64,000 nucleotides of DNA from Gallionellaceae bacterium (GTDB taxonomy: Bacteria; Pseudomonadota; Gammaproteobacteria; Burkholderiales; Gallionellaceae), in NCBI GenBank assembly GCA_038925365.1, contig JBCKTV010000002.1, forward strand, positions 5,713-69,712. The letters run 5' to 3'. The position numbers and the translations under genes are program-made. Each line of letters begins with the position of its first letter. The first letter of the stretch is position 1. Shown here piece after piece: positions 1 through 13,004 of this stretch. Below the pieces are notes generated by a model. The model worked only from the letters and a program-made list of their open reading frames with translations, did no database searches and had not been told where the DNA came from.

Positions 1-16
1 GCATGACTCACGTAGC

Positions 17-1102
17 ATGGAAGCCATGTTGGTCAAGAGCATCAACTCGGTAGGCAGTAACCGTCTGGATGCAGCGCTCGATGAAGTTGACGCTTTACTC
101 AAAATAAATCCGAACTTCAAACTGGCGCAGATGCTAAAAGGCGATTTACTGATGGCGCGTGCCAAACCCCTCAGTGGCTTTGGCAACGATCCTGATGTGC
201 CCAGCGATCGCATGAATGATTTACGCGACGAAGCACGCGCACGTTTGCAGCGAGTACAACAACAACCCGTCACCACCGCCCCAAGATTCATCTGGCAACT
301 CAATCCTCAGCAGCGCTACGCGATTGTGGTGGACACCAGCAAATCCACGCTCTATCTGTATGAGAACGTCAATGGTTCACCGCGCTACGTAGAAAACTTT
401 TACATCAGCGTGGGCAAAAAGGGATCAGATAAGATTCTGGAAGGCGACCAGAAAACACCGTTGGGCGTGTATTTCGTCAACGCCCATTTGAACAAGAAAC
501 AACTCACCGATTTTTACGGCAGTGGCGCCTACCCGATCAACTATCCAAATGAATGGGATACACGGCAAGGACGCACGGGCCACGGCATCTGGCTGCACGG
601 TACGCCCAGCGACACTTACAGCCGTGCGCCTCTGTCCAGCAACGGCTGTGTAGTACTCTCCAACGACGACCTCCTTCATCTGGGCAAATCGGTGCAAGTA
701 GGCACCACCCCTGTCATCATTACCAATCAAATGGACTGGAGCACCGATGCCGACAAAGCCGAGCATGAGGCATTGCTCAAGGCAATAGAACAATGGCGCA
801 ACGACTGGGCCAGCATCAACACCGACGATTACCTCAATCACTATGCGTCCGATTTTGCGACCGGCAAAATCAAATTGGATAACTGGTCTGCACATAAGCG
901 TCTGGTCAACTCCGGCAAGTCCTGGATCAAAGTGGGGCTGTCCGATGTCAGCATCTTTCCCTACCCCAACCAGCCCAATCTGGTGGTGGTCAATTTTGAA
1001 CAGGACTACACCAGCAACAATCTGTCCAATCGCATGAAGAAGCGCCAGTACTGGATCAAACGCGACAACCGTTGGCTAATCGTTTATGAAGGAGCAGCTT
1101 GA
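17..1102 (+). CDS. L,D-transpeptidase family protein (YkuD domain), possibly 5'-truncated by the window edge
   Basis: 361-aa ORF. Catalytic-type motif HGIWLHGTP...SSNGCVVL. The frame stays open back to nt 2, so the true start may lie upstream of the window. Confidence 0.8.
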   Translation: MEAMLVKSINSVGSNRLDAALDEVDALLKINPNFKLAQMLKGDLLMARAKPLSGFGNDPDVPSDRMNDLRDEARARLQRVQQQPVTTAPRFIWQLNPQQRYAIVVDTSKSTLYLYENVNGSPRYVENFYISVGKKGSDKILEGDQKTPLGVYFVNAHLNKKQLTDFYGSGAYPINYPNEWDTRQGRTGHGIWLHGTPSDTYSRAPLSSNGCVVLSNDDLLHLGKSVQVGTTPVIITNQMDWSTDADKAEHEALLKAIEQWRNDWASINTDDYLNHYASDFATGKIKLDNWSAHKRLVNSGKSWIKVGLSDVSIFPYPNQPNLVVVNFEQDYTSNNLSNRMKKRQYWIKRDNRWLIVYEGAA

Positions 1103-1701
1103 TGAAAAGAATTTTTACCCCGTTTTTAGCTTTACTACTCGTTGGCCTGTACGCATTACCCGCGCATGCAGCCACTCAATCCACCAAAAAAAAAGGAACG
1201 TCCCACATGATTAAATTACACACCAATCACGGCATCATCACCCTGCAACTAGATGCCGAAAAAGCCCCAATCACCGTCAAAAACTTCGAAGACTACGTCA
1301 CCAGCGGACACTTCAGCAACACCATCTTCCATCGCGTCATTGCTAACTTCATGATCCAAGGCGGCGGTTTTGAGCCAGGCATGACTCAGAAACCAGTTAA
1401 CGCAGCGATCAAAAATGAAGCCGCAAATGGCCTGACCAACGACAAATACACTATTGCGATGGCTCGCACCAACGACCCACAGTCCGCCACTGCACAATTT
1501 TTCATCAACACTAAAGACAACGACTTCCTAAACTACACCGCAGCTAATTCACAAGGTTACGGCTACTGCGTATTTGGCAAAGTAGTCGAAGGTATGGACG
1601 TGATAGATAAAATCAACAAAGTCAAAACCGGCAATACTGGTGGACATGGCGACGTACCCAAAGAAGACGTCATCATCATCAAAGCTGAAATCGTTCAGTA
1701 A
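1099..1701 (+). CDS. ppiA: periplasmic peptidyl-prolyl cis-trans isomerase (cyclophilin type)
   Basis: Signal peptide ending ALPAHA. Cyclophilin motifs [15 protein letters not shown] and [22 protein letters not shown] overlap with the upstream gene. Confidence 0.9.
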   Translation: MMKRIFTPFLALLLVGLYALPAHAATQSTKKKGTSHMIKLHTNHGIITLQLDAEKAPITVKNFEDYVTSGHFSNTIFHRVIANFMIQGGGFEPGMTQKPVNAAIKNEAANGLTNDKYTIAMARTNDPQSATAQFFINTKDNDFLNYTAANSQGYGYCVFGKVVEGMDVIDKINKVKTGNTGGHGDVPKEDVIIIKAEIVQ

Positions 1702-1705
1702 ATAA

Positions 1706-1732
1706 AAAACGGCGCTGAATGCGCCGTTTTTA
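1706..1732 (+). terminator. rho-independent terminator downstream of ppiA
   Basis: aaaaacGGCGCtgaatGCGCCgttttt: GC stem followed by a T run, 5 nt after the stop codon. Confidence 0.8.
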
Positions 1733-1749
1733 GTATCTACTTAGATGGT

Positions 1750-1895
1750 CGACTTTCATCATCATTCCCCACTTTGAAAAAGGGGGGCTAGGGGGGATTT
1801 ATGTTGGTAAAAAAACCCGCTGTATACACGATCAAATCCCCCTCAGTCCCCCTTTTTCAAAGTGGGAAGCAGAAGCGAGCACCTGAGTAGCTACC
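1750..1895. repeat. C/G-tract palindromic REP/MITE-like element, copy 1 (units arranged tail-to-tail)
   Basis: ttccccactttgaaaaaggggggctaggggggattt (1766-1800) and aaatccccctcagtccccctttttcaaagtgggaa (1834-1868). Flanks match the flanks of copy 4. Confidence 0.85.
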
Positions 1896-1939
1896 GTTTT
1901 TATTTGTTAAGCAAGAAAAAATAAACGCATCCCCCCTCT

Positions 1940-2665
1940 ATGCCCCACACCCTGTTTATCTCAGACCTGCACCTGAGTGAAAATGAGCCGCACATCACCC
2001 AACTGCTGCTGAATTTCACCCGTGACACTGCGCCCAAAGCCGACGCGCTCTATATCCTTGGCGACCTATTTGAATACTGGGCTGGCGATGATGATCGCTC
2101 CACACCTTTCCACCAGAAAATCATAGTCGCGATAGCCCAACTAAGCCAACAAGGTACGCCTATTTACATCATGCACGGCAACCGCGATTTTCTGATGGAC
2201 GAACAACTGGCAACAGAGTGTCACGCCATTTTGCTGCCAGACCCCACACTAATCGACTTATACGGCACCCCCACCCTGCTAACTCACGGCGATGCGCTGT
2301 GCACCCACGACGTGCAGTACCAGGCGTTTAGACTACAGGTACGGCAATCTGCATGGCGCAACAACTTCCTTGCGCAACCTTTAACGAAACGCAAAGCGGA
2401 AATCGAACAGCTACGCAAAATGAGTGAAGAGCAAAAGCAGACAAAGGCAATGGAGATGATGGATGTGAACCTAACTGCCGTTGCTGACCTATTCCGCAAC
2501 CATCAATACCCACGCATGATCCACGGCCATACCCACCGACAAAAACATCATCTGCACGACGTCGATGGCAAAACTTGTGATCGCTGGGTGTTGGGAGATT
2601 GGCACACAACAGGGAATGCTTTGCACTGTGATGCTGCGGGCTGCCGCTTTATAACGATAAAGTAA
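1940..2665 (+). CDS. lpxH: UDP-2,3-diacylglucosamine hydrolase
   Basis: Calcineurin-like phosphoesterase motifs ISDLHL, GDLFEYW and HGNRDFL. The 241-aa length is typical of LpxH. Confidence 0.9.
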   Translation: MPHTLFISDLHLSENEPHITQLLLNFTRDTAPKADALYILGDLFEYWAGDDDRSTPFHQKIIVAIAQLSQQGTPIYIMHGNRDFLMDEQLATECHAILLPDPTLIDLYGTPTLLTHGDALCTHDVQYQAFRLQVRQSAWRNNFLAQPLTKRKAEIEQLRKMSEEQKQTKAMEMMDVNLTAVADLFRNHQYPRMIHGHTHRQKHHLHDVDGKTCDRWVLGDWHTTGNALHCDAAGCRFITIK

Positions 2666-2699
2666 TAAAGGAAGTCTGGTTTCTATTGGTGTTTCGAGT

Positions 2700-2747
2700 A
2701 AATATTCAATATAATCAATATGTTGCGCTTAAACGCCTATCTAAATC
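2700..2747 (+). repeat. AT-rich intergenic element with IHF-consensus core, copy A
   Basis: aaatattcaatatAATCAAtatgTTG followed by ...cctatctaaatc. Lies between the convergent genes lpxH and the nuclease gene. Confidence 0.8.
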
Positions 2748-2858
2748 TGACAGCTTGCTAGTGAAGTGTTAAAGACTATTAAGCATTTATGAGTTTGCAG
2801 TTTATAGTTGATTCTGCATCAATCAAAAAACAAGCAAAAACTTCTAATGCAGCTTGAC

Positions 2859-3491
2859 CTAATCAGTCACACACAAGCTCTCGCACGGCACACCGTCACC
2901 ATCCCCATCCAGTGATTTAACACCACAGTGCAGAAAATAAATTTTCGCTTCCTCGCAAGTTTTCATCTTACTGCACAAATATTTTTTGCCGCAAGCTGGG
3001 TTTACTGCCTTGCTTGGGTTTGTTATTGAAGGATGTGACTTGCGCCACTGTTGCGGCGAAATTGGCTGCGCGGATTGTGCCCACAAACCCCGCCGTGATT
3101 GTTTCGCCTGCTTGTTCAATTCAACGTAATGTTTGTTGGGATAAAAATTTGAATCTCCCCAAGCCATGCCCTCGCGCACCTGCTCCTCATTCACACTCTG
3201 CCCATCAATGCTGATCTCGGCGATCATGCGGCCATAGCTATCCACGGCCTTACTGTTGATCCGCACCTGCTTTTTCAACACCCTATCCACCAGCGCCTGG
3301 CGTGACTCCTTGCCGAACACCTGCGCCGATTCAGGTGCATCGATATAGGCCAGACGCACCTTGATCTTCTTGCCATCGCGCAACACCATCACGGTATCGC
3401 CATCCATCACAGCAATGACCTTGGCGTAAAATTCATCAGCATAAGCAAGATTGAAAGAAGCACTGACTAGCAACAGTAAAATCAGACGCAT
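2859..3491 (-). CDS. secreted thermonuclease (SNase-like) with C-terminal excalibur calcium-binding domain
   Basis: Signal peptide, SNase-like core (VIAVMDGDTV...RLAYIDAPE) and C-terminal DGDGDGVPCE excalibur motif. Confidence 0.8.
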   Translation of the reverse strand: MRLILLLLVSASFNLAYADEFYAKVIAVMDGDTVMVLRDGKKIKVRLAYIDAPESAQVFGKESRQALVDRVLKKQVRINSKAVDSYGRMIAEISIDGQSVNEEQVREGMAWGDSNFYPNKHYVELNKQAKQSRRGLWAQSAQPISPQQWRKSHPSITNPSKAVNPACGKKYLCSKMKTCEEAKIYFLHCGVKSLDGDGDGVPCESLCVTD

Positions 3492-3615
3492 TCAATCCTC
3501 CTTGCTTGTCAACAAACGTAGTTTATTTTCGGTCACCAAGTAGGTTCCCTTGCTATTGATTACATCAGTCAAATAACTGGATAACGACAAGCCCCTGCTC
3601 GTCTATGGCAATGAT

Positions 3616-4128
3616 TTACATCATGCTTTTGATAAAAGCCAAACACAGCAGTGCATACCCTGCCGCCAGCAGGTCATCAAACATGACACCAAATCCACCA
3701 TGCATATTTTGATCGAAATATTTGATAGGTTGTGGTTTGACGATGTCGAAGAAACGGAATAGTACGAAGGCCAGCAGTTGCCAATAGAGCCAGTTGGGAC
3801 CATCCGGTGTAAAGAACAGTACCAGCATGAAGGCCACTATCTCATCCCACACGATGCCGCCGTGATCATCCACCCCCAATGCATGGCTGGTTTTGTCGCA
3901 TATCCACACGCCTATGATGAATGCCAGAATCAGGAACAACAGAAACAAGTAGTCATTCATCAGGGGGGCGAGTAGCCAATACAGGGGGAAGGCAACTAAG
4001 GTGCCTGCGGTGCCTGGCGCTTTTGGAACGAGGCCGCTACCAAAGCCCAAAGCAAAGAAATGTGCCGGGTGGCTGAACAGCAATTTTAAATCGGGTTTCA
4101 GATAAAATTTTTCATTTGAAATGGTCAT
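3616..4128 (-). CDS. pgpA: phosphatidylglycerophosphatase A
   Basis: FFALGFGSGLVPKAPGTAGTL motif, polytopic membrane protein, overlaps the end of thiL as in many proteobacteria. Confidence 0.85.
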   Translation of the reverse strand: MTISNEKFYLKPDLKLLFSHPAHFFALGFGSGLVPKAPGTAGTLVAFPLYWLLAPLMNDYLFLLFLILAFIIGVWICDKTSHALGVDDHGGIVWDEIVAFMLVLFFTPDGPNWLYWQLLAFVLFRFFDIVKPQPIKYFDQNMHGGFGVMFDDLLAAGYALLCLAFIKSMM

Positions 4129-5065
4129 AGCCGGTTTCCTCTAGCGTCATTACACTGCCATCTGCTGCAACTATTTTACAAGCTGAACCTGCGACTATGT
4201 TGCCGATACAAGTTAGCGGCAAAGCAAGTTGCGCGGATAATTTTTTGATCTCCGCATGGCGGAGGGCTGATGCGGTGAAACATAATTCATAATCATCACC
4301 GCCTGCCAACACACATTGTTTTCCCAATGTTTGCCCAAGATACGGTTTGAGGTGTGTTGAAACGGGTAAGGCAGAAAACTGTATCTCGGCAGCGACTTTA
4401 GAGCGATCCAGTATATGTCCAAGATCGGCGAGCAAGCCATCGGAAATATCTATCGCACTATGCGCAATGCCGCACAAGGCGAGACCCAGGACAACACGAG
4501 GTACAGGACGGTGCAAGGCGGTTGCAGTGGCATGGAAACTAGCATCATCCAGTTTTAGTTTTCCCTGAAGGTGCGCCAGCGCCAACGCGGCATCGCCAAG
4601 CTTGCCCGACACCCATATTTCATCACCCACCTGTGCACCGTCTCGCCGCAATGCTTTTCCCTGCGGTACTTCGCCCATGATGGTGACACACAAATTGAGC
4701 GGGCCGCGTGTGGTATCGCCGCCGATCAACTCGACTTGATGCTCATTCGCCAGCGCAAAAAACCCGGCACTGAAGCGCTCCAGCCATGCCTCATCTACAC
4801 TGGGTAATGACAGTGCCAAAGTTGCCCAGCGTGGCTGCGCACCCATTGCTGCCATATCGGAAAGATTGACTGCCAGCACCTTGTGGCCAAGTAGATAGGG
4901 ATCGGCATCAGCAAAGAAATGCGTGCCGCTGACCAGCATGTCGGTGGAGATTGCCAGCTCCATGCCGCTGGCGACACGCACCAGCGCTGCATCATCACCC
5001 ACGCCTAAAACTGCACTGGGCGTGGCACGGGTAAAGTAACGCTGGATTAGGCTGAATTCGGACAA
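4112..5065 (-). CDS. thiL: thiamine-monophosphate kinase
   Basis: N-terminus MSEFSLIQRYF, GDDAALV and STDMLVSGTHF motifs of the AIR-synthase-like ThiL family. Confidence 0.9.
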   Translation of the reverse strand: MSEFSLIQRYFTRATPSAVLGVGDDAALVRVASGMELAISTDMLVSGTHFFADADPYLLGHKVLAVNLSDMAAMGAQPRWATLALSLPSVDEAWLERFSAGFFALANEHQVELIGGDTTRGPLNLCVTIMGEVPQGKALRRDGAQVGDEIWVSGKLGDAALALAHLQGKLKLDDASFHATATALHRPVPRVVLGLALCGIAHSAIDISDGLLADLGHILDRSKVAAEIQFSALPVSTHLKPYLGQTLGKQCVLAGGDDYELCFTASALRHAEIKKLSAQLALPLTCIGNIVAGSACKIVAADGSVMTLEETGYDHFK

Positions 5066-5102
5066 ATTTTTGGATTCCTGGGGAAAAGCACTTATACGCA
5101 GA

Positions 5103-5246
5103 TTAGAGAGTTACTGTGTCACGACACTTTTAAATCCCCCCTAGCCCCCCTTTTACAAAGTGGGGAACACTCTAACTGCTAAGAGTCTAACTGGTTCCCC
5201 ACTTTCCCAAAGGGGGGCTAGGGGGGAGAGCTAGCGAGGGGGCGTG
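5103..5246. repeat. C/G-tract palindromic REP/MITE-like element, copy 2
   Basis: Left flank tagagagttactgtgtcacgacactttt, then aaatcccccctagccccccttttacaaagtggggaa, a loop, then ttccccactttcccaaaggggggctaggggggag. Lies between nusB and thiL. Confidence 0.85.
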
Positions 5247-5248
5247 CT

Positions 5249-5719
5249 TTACTTTGCGCTCACTTCAATCGCACGCACCTGAACTGCCAGTTTATCCAGT
5301 ACGCCATTCACGAATTTATGCCCATCGGTAGAACCAAAGGTTTTTGTGAGTTCAACGGCTTCATTGATCACCACACGATAGGGAACTTCGGGGTGCCGCG
5401 ATAATTCGAACGCGCCCAGCATCAACACCGAAAACTCGATAGGGCTGAGTGTGTTCATATCGCGATCAAGATGCGGCGTGAGCACTGCAACCAGCGCCTG
5501 GTTATGTTCAACCACGCCTCTCAGCAATTGACTAAACAGCTCTGCATCGTAACGACCCAGACTTTTTTCCGCACGCGTTGTTTTTTCAATTTCCAGATGA
5601 TCGCCACCACTCATGCGCCACTGGTAAATGGCTTGCAATGCCAATTCTCGCGCACGGTGCCGCGCACTTTTGGCAGGGGACTTTACTGCTTGAACTTTTA
5701 TTCCAGCGCTCTCGGTCAT
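5249..5719 (-). CDS. nusB: transcription antitermination factor NusB
   Basis: [16 protein letters not shown]-terminal motif. Conserved ribH-nusB-thiL order. Confidence 0.9.
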   Translation of the reverse strand: MTESAGIKVQAVKSPAKSARHRARELALQAIYQWRMSGGDHLEIEKTTRAEKSLGRYDAELFSQLLRGVVEHNQALVAVLTPHLDRDMNTLSPIEFSVLMLGAFELSRHPEVPYRVVINEAVELTKTFGSTDGHKFVNGVLDKLAVQVRAIEVSAK

Positions 5720-6168
5720 TCCAGCGCTTTCAGCAGATTGGCCATTTCTATGGCGACCAATGCGGCTTCTGCACCTTTGACTATCATGCGTTCTTCCGCT
5801 TGTTCGTCTGTTTCGGTGGTAAGAATAGCGTTGGCGATAGGCACGCCGTTATCCAGTTGTACATCACTTATGCAGCGAGCCGATTCGTTAGACACCACTT
5901 CAAAATGAAAAGTGTCGCCGCGTATCACCGCACCCAGTGCGATCAGCGCATCAAATTTGCCGCTACCCGCCATCTGTTGCAACACCAGCGGAATTTCCAG
6001 CGCACCCGGCACTGTTACCAGCATGATGTCGTCGTCCGCAACGCCTTGTTGCGTGAGCTTTGAGCGGCACGCACCCAGCAAACCTTCGCAAATATCAGGA
6101 TTAAAACGGCTTTGCACAATGCCGATACGCAAGCCTTTACCGTTCAGATTTTTTTCCAGTTCTTTCAT
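5716..6168 (-). CDS. ribH: 6,7-dimethyl-8-ribityllumazine synthase
   Basis: [18 protein letters not shown] and HFEVV motifs. 150 aa. Confidence 0.92.
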   Translation of the reverse strand: MKELEKNLNGKGLRIGIVQSRFNPDICEGLLGACRSKLTQQGVADDDIMLVTVPGALEIPLVLQQMAGSGKFDALIALGAVIRGDTFHFEVVSNESARCISDVQLDNGVPIANAILTTETDEQAEERMIVKGAEAALVAIEMANLLKALE

Positions 6169-6191
6169 ATTTTAACCATCTCTTTCATTTT

Positions 6192-7289
6192 TTATCCTTC
6201 GCTATGTACATATCCTACGACTTCCAAACCAAAACCGGCCATGCTGGGCAACTTGCGCGGGGTGCCTATCAGTCGCATTTTACCGACATTCAGATCACGC
6301 AGTATTTGGGCGCCGATGCCGTAACTGCGAGGATCCCAGCGTGCTGCATGGTGGGTCTCCGGCGTAGCCGCTGCACGTGCAAGCAAATCCTGCGATGTTT
6401 CATTGTGATGCAACATCACCATCACGCCGACAGCTGACTGTTTTATTTTGAGTAGCGCATCGTGCACGCTGGTTGAATTTGGATAGCTCGCTTGCTCGAG
6501 GAAATCTAGCACCGACAGTGGCTCATGCACGCGCACCAGTGTTTCGACATTAGCTTGGATCTTGCCTTTAACCAGCGCCAGATGGGTGCATTGCGTAGTC
6601 TTGTCCACATAGGTACGTAGCTCCAGCTCGCCATAAGCGGTCTGCACATTACGCGTGGCAACACACTCCACCAGCTTTTCTGTTTGACTGCGATGCTCAA
6701 TCAGGTCGGCTATGGTACCGATTTTTAGATTGTGTGTTTTTGCATAAATAATCAGATCAGGCAGACGCGCCATCTCGCCGTCTTCTTTCAATATTTCGCA
6801 AATAACCGAAGCCGGTGTCAACCCGGCAAGTGCTGCCAAATCACAACCCGCTTCGGTGTGACCGGCACGCACCAGCACGCCGCCGTTTTTTGCACGTAAA
6901 GGGAAGATGTGGCCGGGCATCACAATATCGGAAGGTTTTGCATTTTTATCCGCCGCCACCAGCACGGTGCGTGCACGGTCGGCAGCCGAAATGCCGGTGG
7001 TCACTCCGGTTGATGCTTCTATCGACAGGGTAAAGTTGGTTGCCAGTGCTAAACCGTTTTCACGCACCATCAGCGGCAGGTCAATCTGCTTGCAATGCGC
7101 TTCGGTCAAGGTTAGGCAAATCAGGCCACGGCCATGTTTGGCCATGAAATTTATTTTTTCGGCAGTGACAAATTCGGCGGCAAACACCAGATCGCCTTCG
7201 TTCTCGCGATCTTCCTCGTCTATCAGCACCACCATGCGCCCCTGGCGCATTTCTTCAATTATTTCCAATACTGGTGCTATGTCTGTCAT
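6192..7289 (-). CDS. ribBA: bifunctional 3,4-dihydroxy-2-butanone-4-phosphate synthase / GTP cyclohydrolase II-like protein
   Basis: DHBP synthase motifs DEEDRENEGDL and GHTEA, followed by a C-terminal GCHII-like domain. 365 aa. Confidence 0.9.
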   Translation of the reverse strand: MTDIAPVLEIIEEMRQGRMVVLIDEEDRENEGDLVFAAEFVTAEKINFMAKHGRGLICLTLTEAHCKQIDLPLMVRENGLALATNFTLSIEASTGVTTGISAADRARTVLVAADKNAKPSDIVMPGHIFPLRAKNGGVLVRAGHTEAGCDLAALAGLTPASVICEILKEDGEMARLPDLIIYAKTHNLKIGTIADLIEHRSQTEKLVECVATRNVQTAYGELELRTYVDKTTQCTHLALVKGKIQANVETLVRVHEPLSVLDFLEQASYPNSTSVHDALLKIKQSAVGVMVMLHHNETSQDLLARAAATPETHHAARWDPRSYGIGAQILRDLNVGKMRLIGTPRKLPSMAGFGLEVVGYVHSEG

Positions 7290-7442
7290 TTCTTGCTTAC
7301 CTTTTATCTTTCAACTATTTTTATTAATACTGCAATTTTACCATTAGCAATTCAAGTGACATCATGCCCGATTAACTATTCGCTCTAAACCCTCTCTCTG
7401 ACAGAGGTGGAACATAGCGAGGGGACCTAGCAGCCTATCAAT

Positions 7443-7490
7443 CTTAGACGGCATGCTTATCATAACATATTGATTATATTGAATATAATT
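7443..7490 (-). repeat. AT-rich intergenic element with IHF-consensus core, copy B
   Basis: The reverse complement reads attatattcaatatAATCAAtatgTTAtgataagcatgccgtctaag. Lies between the histidine kinase gene and ribBA. Confidence 0.8.
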
Positions 7491-7537
7491 ACAGGTGGCT
7501 GGTGCATTAAGGTGAGTAGACCATGAGATAACTGCCT

Positions 7538-10033
<2,496 letters not shown>

Positions 10034-10248
10034 ATACAGCAGCGCAAATACCGTGGTGATCAGGCAAATATAGACCAGCAGGCGATGCGCGGCGTGTTGG
10101 CGCTGGTCTGGCTCCGCAACGCTGGGCGTGAACCAGTTGACCCACTGGTCGAGCCGGTTGAGAGTGATTTGCAGGGGTCGGTTAATTGCAGTTCTCCGAA
10201 TCAGTTTATTTGAATTGAAAGTGTGACATAAACAGCCAAGGCAAAGAT

Positions 10249-10310
10249 AAATTATTCAATATAATCAATATGTTACTGTTTTATTTAATCATATGACTAT
10301 ACCTATCTAG
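10249..10310 (+). repeat. AT-rich intergenic element with IHF-consensus core, copy C
   Basis: aaattattcaatatAATCAAtatgTTA ... acctatctag. Confidence 0.8.
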
Positions 10311-10333
10311 GAGTGCATCTAAAAACATTAAGC

Positions 10334-12127
10334 TTAATTCCGCTCCAACAGATTGCGCACCCATTTTATAACCCAGGAAACCATGCCCAAAATAAACAGC
10401 AAAGTCCATTGCACCGTATTCGTCCACATTGGCATTTCTTTACGCCAAGGCAAGCCTTTGCGGTAACGACTATCATCCACCCAGCGCCAGATTTTGAACA
10501 GATAGGGTTCGTTTAGGGGCCAGATGCGGCAATAGTTTGTATGTACGCCGCTGGCGTCGAGGATGCTATTCACGGCGCGGCGCGCGGCTTCGTTGGCGCC
10601 TTCCATAGTGGCTAAGTCGGTGTTGGTTTTGACGTAGTCACCTGCCAAAAACAAGTTGTGGATGTGGGTATAGGCGTTGGGACGTAGGGTCCAGGAGTTG
10701 ACCAGATTGACCATTAACGGTTGGGTGTTGATTTTTTTGGTGGTGGCCGGATCATGTGGCGGTTGAAATTGAATGTCGGGGTCGAGAAACCAGGAGTGTA
10801 AATTTTCGTCCGTGAGAGGTTCTTGACCATCAACATTCAGGCTGCGTTTTAATTGCGCCCAAATTTCTTCACCAATTTCCTGTAGCGTACATTCCTTAGC
10901 GGATTTATTGTAGAGGATGCCGGGTTTGTCCCAATCGGAAATGTCGACGGATATGATGCCTTGTACAGTGCCGTCACCATAGCCGTTGAGATTGATGTGT
11001 TGCCAGAATTGTGTTTGCGAGATGGAAGTGAGCGCCCAAGGTGCGTCGACATAGATAATGTGCCCATGCACCAAGGGTACGTCTTTTTTCAAATAGAACT
11101 GCGCTCCATTCATCCAATCGACGTAGATAGGTGTTTGCTGTGGACAGGCTTTAGTTTCCGGGTATAAATCCGGGTAGCGACCTAGTAGCTGTATGTTGGC
11201 TAAGCACGGATCGGCTAGTAACATGTCTGCATTGATAAGTGCAGCCATGCGTTCAACAGGGACGGCCATCAGATAATAGTCGGCAGTGATTTGTTCTATT
11301 TTTCCATTGCGAACGATGCTGACGCCGGTGATATTTTCACCCACACAATGGATGGCGCTGACAGAGGCATTTAAGTGGTAGCGCACGCCTTTGGATTCGA
11401 GATAATGGAGCCAAGGGTCGATCCACACATCGTTGGTCGGGCCATTGAGTACAAGGTCGCTGCTTTTACCGGGCTCCAACATGCTGAACAACAGCAGCAC
11501 TAGGATGTGGCCACCGGTGCGGGTACTGGCGTGCTGTGCTTGAGCCGCTACCAAGGTGCGCGTTAAGCCATTGCCGAGCAATTTTTGATAAGCCTCCGAG
11601 CGCGTTGCAGCGCCGATGAATTCCCACCAACCGACTTGCTCGTATTCGGCTAAGCGACGGGTGCTGCAACTGGTAATAATTTGCCACACGCGCTCCGCAA
11701 AATATTCGAACTCGTCGTCGGGAATACCGGTGTCGGTGTCAAACAAGCCTTTCAAGATGAGCAGCAATTCCGCCAGGTTTTTGGGAAAACCAGCGAGGAT
11801 GACAATGGGTTTTTTGTCGAAACGCGCCATGGCAATGCGCGTGGTACCCACCAGATTGTCGAAGACCGTTTTGCCGCCCGCCACCGGGATTTCTTTCATG
11901 GTAGCGGTGATGTGTCGGTAAAAAGCCGGGAAGAAGCGGAACCCATGTTCGCCGGGGAGCGGGAGACGACCATCGGTCGCAGAGTCGGGAACCGGCATGC
12001 TGCGTGCCTTGCCACCGGGGATGCTTAAACCCTCAAACACTTCAACTTGAAAGCCGCGCCGGATTAATTCGTGCGCGGCGCTCATGCCGGAAATCCCACC
12101 ACCTAGAATAACGACTTTTTTGCTCAT
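10334..12127 (-). CDS. FAD-dependent oxidoreductase (amine oxidase / phytoene desaturase superfamily) with C-terminal TM helix
   Basis: Dinucleotide-binding motif KKVVILGGGISGMSAAHEL. I moved the start to the ATG at 12127, which is preceded by AAGAGGAG; the ORF-track start at 12223 has no such support. Confidence 0.7.
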   Translation of the reverse strand: MSKKVVILGGGISGMSAAHELIRRGFQVEVFEGLSIPGGKARSMPVPDSATDGRLPLPGEHGFRFFPAFYRHITATMKEIPVAGGKTVFDNLVGTTRIAMARFDKKPIVILAGFPKNLAELLLILKGLFDTDTGIPDDEFEYFAERVWQIITSCSTRRLAEYEQVGWWEFIGAATRSEAYQKLLGNGLTRTLVAAQAQHASTRTGGHILVLLLFSMLEPGKSSDLVLNGPTNDVWIDPWLHYLESKGVRYHLNASVSAIHCVGENITGVSIVRNGKIEQITADYYLMAVPVERMAALINADMLLADPCLANIQLLGRYPDLYPETKACPQQTPIYVDWMNGAQFYLKKDVPLVHGHIIYVDAPWALTSISQTQFWQHINLNGYGDGTVQGIISVDISDWDKPGILYNKSAKECTLQEIGEEIWAQLKRSLNVDGQEPLTDENLHSWFLDPDIQFQPPHDPATTKKINTQPLMVNLVNSWTLRPNAYTHIHNLFLAGDYVKTNTDLATMEGANEAARRAVNSILDASGVHTNYCRIWPLNEPYLFKIWRWVDDSRYRKGLPWRKEMPMWTNTVQWTLLFILGMVSWVIKWVRNLLERN

Positions 12128-12332
12128 GCTCGCTCCTCTTAAATAATGAATCCAGCGCTGAAAGTCCTTTTGTTGTGCGACTAGACTTTGCCAGTAAGCT
12201 CTTATTCTGCCAACTGAGCGCATGCTACTCGCAACTCATTGATGAGTAAATAAATTGCTGCTTGAGATTTCGGGAGATCTACTCACATCTTTGATACAGC
12301 ATCACAAGCTTGCGCTTGTGTTCGTGACACAC

Positions 12333-12380
12333 GTCCGACACCTCGGTTCTTGTCCTATGCGAAGCAGAGCGTAGTGTAGG
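12333..12380 (-). repeat. third repeat family (CCTACACTACGC...CATAGGACAAGAACC unit), copy 1
   Basis: The reverse complement reads cctacactacgctctgcttcgcataggacaagaaccgaggtgtcggac, near-identical to 47857-47909. Confidence 0.75.
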
Positions 12381-12408
12381 AGACTGCTAGTGTTTATCTG
12401 TAATTATG

Positions 12409-13002
12409 CTAGCTGTCCGCAGCCATCATCCGCTCAACATAGCGCGCAATCATATCGATTTCCAGGTTCACTCTGGAATCAACGTGCAAATCCTTTAGCG
12501 TTGTTTCCTTAAGCGTGTGCGGAATCAGGTTCACTTCAAAAATCGAGCCTTCAACCTTGTTCACCGTCAGGCTCACACCATTGATGGTGATTGAGCCCTT
12601 GGCTGCAATATATTTCGCCAATTCTTTCGGCGCACGCACGCTGAGCTTCCAGCTTTCGCCCAGATTGATAAAATCCAGCACTACACCCACCCCATCCACA
12701 TGCCCGCTCACCAGATGGCCGCCCAGCCTGTCAGCCAGACGCAGCGCCTTTTCCAGATTGACATGCGCTCCCTGTTGTTCAAGACCTACGGTACAGTGCA
12801 ATGTTTCTTTCGATACCTCAACTGTGAAGCTGTTGCCTTCAAGCTTGATCGCCGTGAGGCAGACACCATTCACCGCAATACTGTCGCCCAGTTGCACGTC
12901 TGACATATCGAGTGCGTTGGTCGCGATGCGCAGGCGTAGGCCGCCGGCTCGATCCTGCTTGTCGGCAATAGTCCCCACATCCGCAATGATTCCAGTAAAC
13001 AT
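12409..13002 (-). CDS. ribE: riboflavin synthase (alpha chain)
   Basis: MFTGII N-terminus and the internal duplication typical of riboflavin synthase (GDSIAVNGVCLT / GSITINGVSLT). Confidence 0.9.
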   Translation of the reverse strand: MFTGIIADVGTIADKQDRAGGLRLRIATNALDMSDVQLGDSIAVNGVCLTAIKLEGNSFTVEVSKETLHCTVGLEQQGAHVNLEKALRLADRLGGHLVSGHVDGVGVVLDFINLGESWKLSVRAPKELAKYIAAKGSITINGVSLTVNKVEGSIFEVNLIPHTLKETTLKDLHVDSRVNLEIDMIARYVERMMAADS

Positions 13003-13004
13003 AT

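Noticed and set aside
7447-7458. atgccgtctaag resembles the Neisseria DNA uptake sequence (ATGCCGTCTGAA).
   Set aside because: Only one copy has this form. The other copies of the same block read catgcctaag, catgtctaag or catctaag. It is part of the AT-rich element rather than a dispersed uptake signal.
7290-7460. Expected an FMN (RFN) riboswitch in the 250-nt leader of ribBA.
   Set aside because: The minus-strand leader lacks the conserved RFN blocks (GGGCGGGG..CCGGCGGU..GGAUGGGAGA type). Instead it contains AT-rich element copy B and a decayed REP-like segment. A covariance-model scan would be decisive.
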